From the NCBI GenBank assembly GCA_963675595.2, contig CAXXLZ010000002.1, positions 704,001-768,000 on the forward strand: a DNA stretch of 64,000 nt, written 5' to 3'. Shown here in pieces: positions 8,586 through 16,862 of this stretch (position 1 is the stretch's first letter; each line of letters opens with the position of its first letter). The notes beneath the pieces are model-generated. The model was not told where the DNA came from and did no database searches. It saw nothing but the letters and a program-made list of their open reading frames with translations. The stretch comes from Thermodesulfobacteriota bacterium (GTDB lineage: Bacteria; Desulfobacterota; Desulfarculia; JACQYL01). The translations under genes were made by a program, and so were the position numbers.

Positions 8586-10463
8586 TGATGCCGTCGTAAG
8601 AACCCCCCTTTACGAACAGGGCTGTTTTTTGGAGCATTGGAAGTTCAAGCGGCCATTGCAACACTGCCAAGGTTACTGTCATCGTGACATAGGCTACAAA
8701 GACGACGGAAATTATCGTTGCTGCCTCCCTCTATCGAGTTGGAAAGGGCCTTCTTGGCCTTATCAAGGCGGCTCTGGACGAACCTCTTGATGTTGATGGC
8801 CAGGGCCTTCATGAAAACAGATAAGGTGACCCGTTTTTTGCCTCGGGTCCACGATCGTTTCAATCCCGTGACCCGATCCGCTTCGGAGATGGTGGCCTCG
8901 ATGCCGGACCGGATTTTGTAGCGTTCTTTGAAATCATGGCTTTCCTGCTGTAGTCTGCGCTTGGAGGTCGCCATGTCCTTGCGCTTGTACTTCAGTCGAT
9001 AATTTCCGCCCTTGATCCGTTTTACCGGACAGATGGGGAGAAATTCGCATAGGAGACAGTGCTCGCGGGAAAACACGGCTTCCACCGCTTTGCCGCGGTC
9101 AACGATCTTGCATTCAAGTGGCGCGTGCCCCCGGATACAGTAAACGACCTGGGTGCAGTCCTCGTTCGTTTCAAAGTCACTCAACTGCATCTTATTGAGA
9201 TCCGGCGCTTTTCCGCAAGTCACCGGAGCGGTAAGCTCGACTCCGTGCTCGTGAGCTTGAAGGATGTTCTCGCCGCTGCCGTAGCCTGCGTCGGCGAACA
9301 ACTCTTCGGGTTTGCGGCCCGTTTCCTCCAGGCGTTCGATAACGGGCATCACGTCTTTCTGGTCGCTGTCATAGGAAGGGGCCACGTCCACATCGGTGAT
9401 CACCTGGAAGGGATTTTCCTTCACGCAGGTCTCCGTGAGGGAAGCCTTATATCCTTTGCCCTTGCGCCCATAGGTGGCGTCGGGATCCGAAGGATTCTGC
9501 AGGGAGTCCGCAGGGATTTCCTTGGGCTTCTCGAGTTCTGTTTTGTCGGGATCTCCCTCGGTGAAACGGCATTGCTCCGACAGTAGTCGGGCCATCAGCC
9601 GGTATTCTTTCATTCGGCTGATTTCCGGATGACCTCGGAAGCGGTCCACCAGGTCGGCGAGATGGCGGGCGGACTTGTCCAGACGACGCTTGGCCCGCGA
9701 TGATTTTGCATCGGCAAAATAGCCTGCGCGCTTCAAGTAGGCCTTGTCGTAAAGTCGGGGCAGTTTCTCATACAACTTGGGATGTTTCTTATGGAGCCGT
9801 TTCAAGAACGCCTCGATGGTGCGCGTAAAGAGCCCCAGACGGCTCAGATGAGCCATGTTGGAAGTGATCTGTGTGGAGTCCAACCGCTGTTTGTCCGTGC
9901 TAAGGGCCGCCGTCTCGATGATGGCGTCCGTGATTCCGGTAAAGAGGCTCCGCGCTTGCTTGTTGTCGGTAATCAAGGTCCGGAAATTGTGCAGGGTCTT
10001 CTGGCAGACGTGAGATTCAAAGGCGTTGATGTTGAAGGCATATTGCCAACGCAGATCGAAGTCCAGAGCGCCCAAGACTTCCGCATCGGTCAGGCTGTTC
10101 ATTTCCTTCAAAACACACGCTCCGACAAGGATGGCCACGGGTCTGTTGGGCCTGCCGTTGTCCTCACAGTAGAAAGGCCGGAAAGACTCCTCATCGATCA
10201 TGGGAAGCACCAGGCGCCGGAACGGACCGGCCCACGTCTTCTCCAACGCCTCGATCCTGTCTGCGGGAAGGCAAATATCGTGGTCGAAAATGGTCTTTTG
10301 CGTTCTCTTAGGCCGAAACAAAACAACCCCCCTAAGGACCATATTATTAATCAAGTCAGATACTTATCATACAGGACCCAAAAGAAAGGTCAACCCATAA
10401 ATGCCATTTTTATTCATATTTTCAACTAGATACCTTTACGGAGAGGTTTTTACGAACTCATCA
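8586..10463 (-). mobile_element. Insertion sequence, IS1182/IS5-like DDE (about 1.88 kb)
   Basis: Imperfect terminal inverted repeats TGATGccgTCGTAAgAACCcCcC (from 8586) and TGATGagtTCGTAAaAACCtCtC (reverse complement ending 10463); no target-site duplication seen. Confidence 0.75.
8645..10321 (-). CDS. Transposase (DUF772 + DDE, IS1182-like)
   Basis: NGRPNRP..., QRLDSTQI, LQNPSDPDATY, ADAGYGS, CxxC...CP, YKIRSGIEATISE; probable TTG start 10321 (ORF open to 10354). Confidence 0.9.
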   Translation of the reverse strand: MFRPKRTQKTIFDHDICLPADRIEALEKTWAGPFRRLVLPMIDEESFRPFYCEDNGRPNRPVAILVGACVLKEMNSLTDAEVLGALDFDLRWQYAFNINAFESHVCQKTLHNFRTLITDNKQARSLFTGITDAIIETAALSTDKQRLDSTQITSNMAHLSRLGLFTRTIEAFLKRLHKKHPKLYEKLPRLYDKAYLKRAGYFADAKSSRAKRRLDKSARHLADLVDRFRGHPEISRMKEYRLMARLLSEQCRFTEGDPDKTELEKPKEIPADSLQNPSDPDATYGRKGKGYKASLTETCVKENPFQVITDVDVAPSYDSDQKDVMPVIERLEETGRKPEELFADAGYGSGENILQAHEHGVELTAPVTCGKAPDLNKMQLSDFETNEDCTQVVYCIRGHAPLECKIVDRGKAVEAVFSREHCLLCEFLPICPVKRIKGGNYRLKYKRKDMATSKRRLQQESHDFKERYKIRSGIEATISEADRVTGLKRSWTRGKKRVTLSVFMKALAINIKRFVQSRLDKAKKALSNSIEGGSNDNFRRLCSLCHDDSNLGSVAMAA

Positions 10464-10692
10464 ATATTGTGAACCAAGAACTCCAATGCATTTTTTGAAA
10501 ACGACTCTTTATTTCGTTGCCCCAAGACAAATCCGAACATTGCTTTCCTTCATCTAAGAATGGGATAGATGAGGGATAGACCTGATAGCCCTGTTGAGGA
10601 GGTTTTGGCCCTTTCCTCGCTTTGGTGGAATAAATCCGGAAGTGCGAGCATGACAAAAGGCCGCCTTCTTCTGGTGCATCGAGCCATTGTGC

Positions 10693-11286
10693 TCACGTAG
10701 CTTTTCTACTTACTTCATAGTTGTGAATGCCCAAAGCAGTAAAGGCAAACCCGAGGGATGCGAACGTTCCTGTAAACATGAGAAGTGCCAATATATCTAA
10801 GGGATCTCCACGCAAGGATTGATAGAGGGTTCTTCGATCTCTTTCGGACGTTTGGCCGCCGAGCTCTCTATGTTCTTCAAGCAATAGGCCCTTATTCTTT
10901 GACACCCACACTTCGATGTTCTTTTCCAGATCAGATGACACCAAGCGATGCGTTTCGACGTCCAAGTAAACGACTCTGACCGATAGGAAAGCAAAAAAGC
11001 AAGACAGCGCAACTGCCATGCTAACAATGCCAAGTTTGCGCGCAAACTTCAAGTCGAGCAAACGCTCACGGTATGTAATAAGGAGAAGGATCCCAAAAGC
11101 CGAAATAGTAGTGCCTATGATCGGGTAGAGTGCAGCAATCCTCGACTCTTCGGTTGCTACAGGTATCTTCAGCAGGGCACTAGCACCGGGGAAAAGCACA
11201 GCCGCTGCTCCAAGGAGGCCCCATAGCGTCTTCAGGTAGCTTAGTAGCTCTTTGAGTTTTATTATCTTCATTTTAAATGAAATCAC
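10693..11286 (-). CDS. Hypothetical membrane protein (about 4 TM), low GC
   Basis: 197 aa ORF with four hydrophobic segments in an AT-richer segment. Confidence 0.65.
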   Translation of the reverse strand: MISFKMKIIKLKELLSYLKTLWGLLGAAAVLFPGASALLKIPVATEESRIAALYPIIGTTISAFGILLLITYRERLLDLKFARKLGIVSMAVALSCFFAFLSVRVVYLDVETHRLVSSDLEKNIEVWVSKNKGLLLEEHRELGGQTSERDRRTLYQSLRGDPLDILALLMFTGTFASLGFAFTALGIHNYEVSRKAT

Positions 11287-11377
11287 ACAGGCCTGTTGGT
11301 TTTCACCTCATCCTTCAAGTTCGTTACTGTGTGGTGAATAGGCATCGGAATTCAATCCCTACCTCTTGTAAAGAGGC

Positions 11378-11409
11378 CAAATCTCCTCTTGGCTCTTTTG
11401 AAGTCCTTT
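11378..11409 (-). repeat. 32-bp element B, copy 1 (30/32 identical to 34155-34186)
   Basis: caaatctcctcttggctctTTtgaagtccttt vs caaatctcctcttggctctAAtgaagtccttt. Confidence 0.8.
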
Positions 11410-11483
11410 TCTGACTGGCAAAAAGCATAGATACATGCTTGAGAAGTTAGGCCCAAACCCGTTTCCCTATCTCGTCACTTCTT

Positions 11484-11807
11484 TCACCGGTTCGTACATT
11501 GGTACGCGTGCCCCATGACGTGGGGCGACCAGATATTTCGGGAAGGCTCTTGCCACACAACATGCGTGGCGCCCAATGACGCCGCCAGCTCCATGGCCTC
11601 GATCTTGGCATTCCGTCGGCCCACTTCGGCCATGGCCATGCCCCACCCCGATCTTCCTTGCACGATTCCCAGGTACTTGCATTCCAGAACCCGATCCTGG
11701 GTGGTCTCGATCAAAGATTCGGCCTTGGGGGAAAGGTGGCCGGTGCACGAAGTCGCAGAAACGAAGGTGAGCAGGAGGATACACAAGAGAAGCAATCGTT
11801 GGATCAT
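11484..11807 (-). CDS. DUF4156-like small lipoprotein
   Basis: MIQRLLLLCILLLTFVSATSC lipobox; ECKYLGIVQG...AASLGATHVVW...GHAYQC pattern; AAGGAG SD. Confidence 0.75.
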   Translation of the reverse strand: MIQRLLLLCILLLTFVSATSCTGHLSPKAESLIETTQDRVLECKYLGIVQGRSGWGMAMAEVGRRNAKIEAMELAASLGATHVVWQEPSRNIWSPHVMGHAYQCTNR

Positions 11808-11978
11808 GCGGTCTCCTTGCCGGAAGCATGAAAAGCCCGGTTTCCTGCAGATCGGTTGATCCGGCGATCCCCGACGGAGAGCGCCCATGTGAATCCGTCA
11901 ATCCGCCCAAGTGTCCGACACCGAACCTCATTCTCCGATGCGGACAAGTCTCCGAAATTCCGATCCACTCTTAGGCCG

Positions 11979-12536
11979 TCATCCGAGCACTTCAGATGTC
12001 GGCTTGAGCTTTCTCTTAAGGGCCGGGGACGACAAGTCTCGGTGCAGGTCCTCCAGGCATCGCTGCACCACCTTGGTGCATGCGGAAAATCCCGAGCCTC
12101 CCCTGTTCGCGTGATAATAACTTTTAACGAATATGACCTCACCTTGACGCAGCATGCGCACATCAACGTAGGCCCTGCTCCAGGCACCGGTACAGCCCGC
12201 GGCGCTTCCGGCGTTCCTGTAGGCCACGTGCAGCACCGTCGCATCGGGACTATCCGTTGGAACCACCTCGTACCCCGCGGACCAGAGGACTTCTTCCACA
12301 CCATGCCGCAAATTGCTGCAGGCCTGCTCCTTTTGGATGAAGCGATCGGCTTTCCAGCCTTCTTCGGCCGTCACCTCCACAGAGGCCACCGTCACGCCGG
12401 TAACGTAGCCCTCTTGGCCGGCCTCCGCCGGGACTCTGAAATTGAGTGGATACACGGAGTATTCGCCGTGCGCACACGCGAGCAGTCCGAAGATGGAAAA
12501 CAGAATCAGGAGCTTCAACAAGCGGGAATAGGACAT
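11979..12536 (-). CDS. Hypothetical lipoprotein
   Basis: MSYSRLLKLLILFSIFGLLAC lipobox; 185 aa; several cysteines. Confidence 0.7.
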   Translation of the reverse strand: MSYSRLLKLLILFSIFGLLACAHGEYSVYPLNFRVPAEAGQEGYVTGVTVASVEVTAEEGWKADRFIQKEQACSNLRHGVEEVLWSAGYEVVPTDSPDATVLHVAYRNAGSAAGCTGAWSRAYVDVRMLRQGEVIFVKSYYHANRGGSGFSACTKVVQRCLEDLHRDLSSPALKRKLKPTSEVLG

Positions 12537-12734
12537 GGGTCAAGCCTCATCGGAATGTGGAGAAGACGGGTCCGCTCTCGGCGGAGAGGCGCTCCTTGAA
12601 GACGGATTCCTTGTATGATGAATCTGAGCCCTGTGGGTGGGCGGCGGCGCAAGTTCAAACCCCTGGTCGGTCTGGTTCCCCGCCTACACGGCAACGCGAT
12701 ACACCGTCTCTTTCCTCGTTTTGGGAGCGAATTC

Positions 12735-12819
12735 ATCATACACCGACTTCTCAGCTACGACAATAAGCGGATCCATGGTTTTTTCTCATGGAAATCATGA
12801 GTTTCTCTCATGGATTTTG
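12735..12819 (-). promoter_or_regulatory. sigma70 promoter with tandem CATG-N9-CATG (LysR-like T-N11-A) boxes, copy 1
   Basis: -35 TTGTCG (12758-63), 17 bp, -10 TATGAT (12735-40); boxes 12774-90 and 12796-812; duplicated at 34288-34372. Confidence 0.75.
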
Positions 12820-12858
12820 TGATTCGAAAGCAGGAAGAAGAGATGGCGGGGTATGCCC

Positions 12859-12998
12859 TTGCGAATCACCTATGGAATTCGCAAAACGAGCGGCATGTAC
12901 CGTTCAACGTATTAAAATACTTCAAGTTTTTTGGAGGGAGCCCGAGGGAACCCTATTTCCCAAAAGGGTTCCCTCGGATACCCCTCTGAACGGATACG
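12859..12998. repeat. Intergenic MITE-like repeat (inverted homologue at about 25100-25222; hairpin part related to 23575-23632)
   Basis: ttgcgaatc..attcgcaaaa.gagc.g.atgt.ccgt.caac.tattaaaatac...ggagcccgagggaaccc shared between copies. Confidence 0.75.
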
Positions 12999-13169
12999 GT
13001 GACCGAGGTCCGCCCCTACCGGGAGGAGGGTGTCACGATGGGGAGGCGACGAAACACGCCGGTTCAAGCGCGGAATGTTCCGTTGGAACGTTCATTTTCA
13101 ATGGATAATATTCAGAGAGATGAGTCGATCTTATCGCCCTTGGTGGGGACGCGTCACGGAATATAGAAT

Positions 13170-15437
13170 TCATCCACGAGAAGTATCGGGGAGGGGTCGG
13201 GCAATCCTGATGGGAAGCCGGCGAACGGGTTTTCCGGTGGCTGCGAAAACGGCGTTGGCCACGGCGGCGCCGATGGGCAGAACGCCTAGCTCTCCAACAC
13301 CCACGGGGGTTCTGTAGCTGGGCGTGAGATGTACCTCAATACTTGGGATTTCGTTCATTCTCAGTATGGGATAATCGTGGAAGTTACTCTGCACCACCTG
13401 TCCTTTTTGCAGCGTAATTTCTTCCTTGAGCGCTGCGGAGAGTCCGAACAAGATTCCTCCAAAAATCTGCGATTCCACGATATTAGGATTGACCACCCTT
13501 CCACAATCGACCGCACAGATAACGCGATGTACGCGCACCTCATCGCCGTTTTCCAAGGAGACCTCAGCCACCTGCGCCGCAATGCTGCCCACCTCGTGCG
13601 CCTGAACGGCAATGCCCCGGTATCTGCCGTTGGGCGGGGGATTGTTCCACCCGGCTTTACTAGCGGCCAATTCCAGCACCGCCTTGTGCCGAGGAGAACG
13701 TGCCAACAGCTTTCTTCTCAATTCAAAGGGATCCATATGGGTCGCGGCGGCGATCTCATCCATGAAACACTCTATGGCGAAAGCGTTTTGTACGTGTCCA
13801 ACACCCCGATGCGCTCCGGTCTTAACAGGTTCCGGAAGCCTCCCTTGAAGCAACTCCACAGCCTTGTTGGGTACGCCGTAAGGGATCTCATCCACACCGG
13901 TCAATAATTGCACGTAACTCCCCAGGGCGGCGATCCGGTGCCACCAGAAAGTGATCCAACCGCCATCGTCGATGCCTGCTCTTATTTCGCACGTGTAGGC
14001 AGGCCGATAGTGGTCGTGTTGAATATCGTCTTCGCGCGTCCATAAGACCTTTACAGGAGCGCCGACAGCTCTCGACACTTGTGCGGCCTCGGCCACAAAA
14101 TCCGTCGACAATCGACGTCCGAACCCTCCTCCCATTTCTATTTTGTGGAGTTCTATGGCAGTGGGACCCAGACCCGTCCATTGGCTTGCAGTCAACACCG
14201 AGTTCCAAGGGTCTTGAGTCGGTACCCAGAATTCGGCGCTGTGCTCTCGAACGGAGGCAACACAACACATGGGTTCCGAAGTGACGTGAGCCAGATAAGG
14301 CGCCCGATACACGGCGGACAGCGTTTTTGCGCTCGAGGCTTCGGCGGAAAGCACGTTGCCCCGATTCAAGATGAGTTTGCCCGTTTCTTCCCGAAGCCAG
14401 TCGTCAAAAATGCCTGCAATCAAAAGGTTGTCCACGTTGCCGTTCAGTCCGCTTTCCCATTGAATGCGCAGTGCATCCCGGCCTCTTTGGGCGGACCGGA
14501 AATCCCGGGCTACCACTGCCACGCCGACGACTTTGGACCTGGTTGGATGCCATGGGTCCTGAAAATCGCTGGAACCGGTTTGACCTTGAGCCGGAGATAC
14601 CGGATCCGACGCGCCGCGCGCCTGCAACTCGTTGGAACGCATGTAGGCCCATTTCCTGCGGATGGTTTCTCGCGGCGAACCAAACACCGGTATGACATAA
14701 CGCACGCCTTCGATCGCTTTGGCGGCATTTGCATCGACTGTCTTGGCCCAACCATTTAACACGGGGCATCGGGCTATGGTGGCGACCATCATGTTCGGCA
14801 TCTTCAGATCATAGCAATAGCGAAGCTCCCCCTTCGCCTTCTTCGGCGTCCCCAAACGTTTTAACGCCTTTCCGATCAGTTCGTAACCCTTCGGGTTTTT
14901 CAGATGCACACGTTCCGGTATCTTGAGCATGGAGGCTTTTTCGGCCAACGAGCCGTATCCCAGCCGCCGACCGGTCGCATGGTGGATAACGAACCCTCGT
15001 ACCGCTTGACAGGTCTCCTTGGGGACACCCCATTTAAGGGCCCCGGCTTCAAGCAGCATTTCTCTTGCGGTAGCGCCCGCGATCAGGAGCCTTTTCCACA
15101 GCGTCCGGATCGACTTACTGGAACCCGTAGATTGAGGAGCGTATTCCAAGGTGACCGGCGCCCACTCCGTGCGCACTTTTGCCCAATCCGCTTCCAGCTC
15201 TTCGGCCAACACCATGGCAAGAGACGTGGATATTCCCTGTCCCATTTCACACCTTGAAATGAGTACGGTCACTTCGTCGTCCGGACCGATTTTCACCCAG
15301 GCGGCCAATTCCGTTTCGAATTGTTGAGCGTGACCGATTCCAAGAGGCCCCATTGAGACTCCGACAGCCAGACCACCGCCGGAAAGCGCCGCGACTTTGA
15401 GAAAAGTCCGCCTGGAAATGTGGGTACCTTCATTCAT
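13170..15437 (-). CDS. iorB: Isoquinoline 1-oxidoreductase beta-like molybdopterin subunit (xanthine oxidase family), Tat-exported
   Basis: SRRTFLK Tat motif; CEMGQG, QSTGSSKS, MGGGFGRR, VDCGRVVNP..SQIFGG, GVGELGV. Confidence 0.9.
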   Translation of the reverse strand: MNEGTHISRRTFLKVAALSGGGLAVGVSMGPLGIGHAQQFETELAAWVKIGPDDEVTVLISRCEMGQGISTSLAMVLAEELEADWAKVRTEWAPVTLEYAPQSTGSSKSIRTLWKRLLIAGATAREMLLEAGALKWGVPKETCQAVRGFVIHHATGRRLGYGSLAEKASMLKIPERVHLKNPKGYELIGKALKRLGTPKKAKGELRYCYDLKMPNMMVATIARCPVLNGWAKTVDANAAKAIEGVRYVIPVFGSPRETIRRKWAYMRSNELQARGASDPVSPAQGQTGSSDFQDPWHPTRSKVVGVAVVARDFRSAQRGRDALRIQWESGLNGNVDNLLIAGIFDDWLREETGKLILNRGNVLSAEASSAKTLSAVYRAPYLAHVTSEPMCCVASVREHSAEFWVPTQDPWNSVLTASQWTGLGPTAIELHKIEMGGGFGRRLSTDFVAEAAQVSRAVGAPVKVLWTREDDIQHDHYRPAYTCEIRAGIDDGGWITFWWHRIAALGSYVQLLTGVDEIPYGVPNKAVELLQGRLPEPVKTGAHRGVGHVQNAFAIECFMDEIAAATHMDPFELRRKLLARSPRHKAVLELAASKAGWNNPPPNGRYRGIAVQAHEVGSIAAQVAEVSLENGDEVRVHRVICAVDCGRVVNPNIVESQIFGGILFGLSAALKEEITLQKGQVVQSNFHDYPILRMNEIPSIEVHLTPSYRTPVGVGELGVLPIGAAVANAVFAATGKPVRRLPIRIARPLPDTSRG

Positions 15438-15443
15438 AGCGAA

Positions 15444-15908
15444 TCACTTATTCTTCTTCATGAGTTCGCCGGCTCGGTATATGGCTTTTCGTATTCGATG
15501 ATAGGTTCCGCAACGACAAAGATTTTGGGACATGGCTTCGTCAATATCCGAATCCGTGGGGTTGGGGTTTGAGGTCAGAAGAGCCGTGGCCGTTACAATC
15601 TGCCCCGGCTGGCAATACCCGCATTCCGGAACGTCCTCCTCGATCCACGCCGTAATCACCGGATGACCTTTATCCGCCGCCAAACCCTCAATCGTGGTGA
15701 CCTTTGCGCCGCGAACATAGGAAACGGGCGTGACGCAGGAGTGAACGACCTCGCCGTCCACAAGAACGTTGCATGCCCCGCACAGACCCTTGCCGCAACT
15801 GTATTTTGTTCCGGTGAGTCCCAGGACGTCTCTCAAAACCCACAGCAAAGGCATGTCCTGAAGGACTTCCAATGCGACCGACTTACCGTTTAATACGAAT
15901 TCAATCAC
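15444..15908 (-). CDS. iorA: (2Fe-2S)-binding small subunit, IorA/CoxS family
   Basis: [32 protein letters not shown]; GTG 15908 after GAGGA SD (ORF open to 15932). Confidence 0.92.
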   Translation of the reverse strand: MIEFVLNGKSVALEVLQDMPLLWVLRDVLGLTGTKYSCGKGLCGACNVLVDGEVVHSCVTPVSYVRGAKVTTIEGLAADKGHPVITAWIEEDVPECGYCQPGQIVTATALLTSNPNPTDSDIDEAMSQNLCRCGTYHRIRKAIYRAGELMKKNK

Positions 15909-16272
15909 TGTATGTCCTCTCCGACTCTCCACGCCTCTGAAGGAAAAAGCCCGATATTGATGCTAGGCGGTCGCGGAACCTCACCCATTCCCGACAGTCC
16001 TCTTCTTACTTGACGGACTGCGAAGCACGCCTGATGACACCATGACTATGCCTGCCGAAGAAGGCCGGTTGCGGCTGTTCCTGATCGAATATAATACACC
16101 GACTTAGCCCCCACGACAATATAGGGATGCACGGAGTGCACCGTCATGGCGGGTTGTTCGAAGATCAAAACGGCGCAAGGCCTTTTCGGGCGGACAATAG
16201 GGTTCGCCATCGGGGGATGCGCTTCGGGGTGGGCGGCAATGAAGAAGGGCCGGGGCCGCGGGGTTGAGAACC

Positions 16273-16300
16273 CGGGGCAGGCACTGTGGCCTGCCCCTAC
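16273..16300 (-). repeat. GTAG-type REP palindrome
   Basis: GTAGGGGCAGGCCACAGTGCCTGCCCCG; near copy at 34502-34528. Confidence 0.7.
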
Positions 16301-16332
16301 AAACCCAGTGCCCCCTTCCAAACGTTTTTAGC

Positions 16333-16363
16333 GAGCCTCACCGCCTTCGGCGGAGAGGCTGAG
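16333..16363 (+). repeat. CCGCCTTCGGCGG-hairpin repeat family copy
   Basis: gagcctcaccgccttcggcggagaggctgag; other copies at 23458-23488 (inverted), 30919-30939 and 32502-32532. Confidence 0.75.
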
Positions 16364-16862
16364 GGAGAGATCCCTTGCCCATACCCAACGTTTCTCACGT
16401 CTCATGAATTCGCGCAATAGACCTCTATTTCGGCTTCGTCACGTTTAGCGGGACGGAGCCGATCCGGATGGTCACCCTGTCAATACGCACAATGCTTCCG
16501 CATCGCTTTCAAGCGAAGGTGAGCGGTATCCGTGCGATTGGCGATGACGAGCACCCAAGATGTGGGTTCGGTTGGTCGGCGGCATTGTTGATTTTGGGGG
16601 CGGCATGGGATAGTACAAGACGTAATAGAAGCGCGACGTGGTAAGCTTGGCGTGTGCTGATCCGCCTATGGTAGTTTGTCATCGGGCGCCCGGCCGCCCT
16701 TTGCGTGCTCCCTTGTGTTCCTTAATTACAAGCAAGATAAGGCGGTAGCCGCACGGAAGAGCTGGAAAGACCCAAAGCAACCCCGTTACTTCCTTTTTAT
16801 TATGACGGACTATTACGGAACGCTCGGCAAATGATAGCAAAAGACAAAGAGAAGTATAGCAA

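Noticed and set aside
11446-11452. GTTAGGC/GCCTAAC as an integron attC core after a lipoprotein gene
   Set aside because: No complementary partner box at attC distance and no integrase in the window
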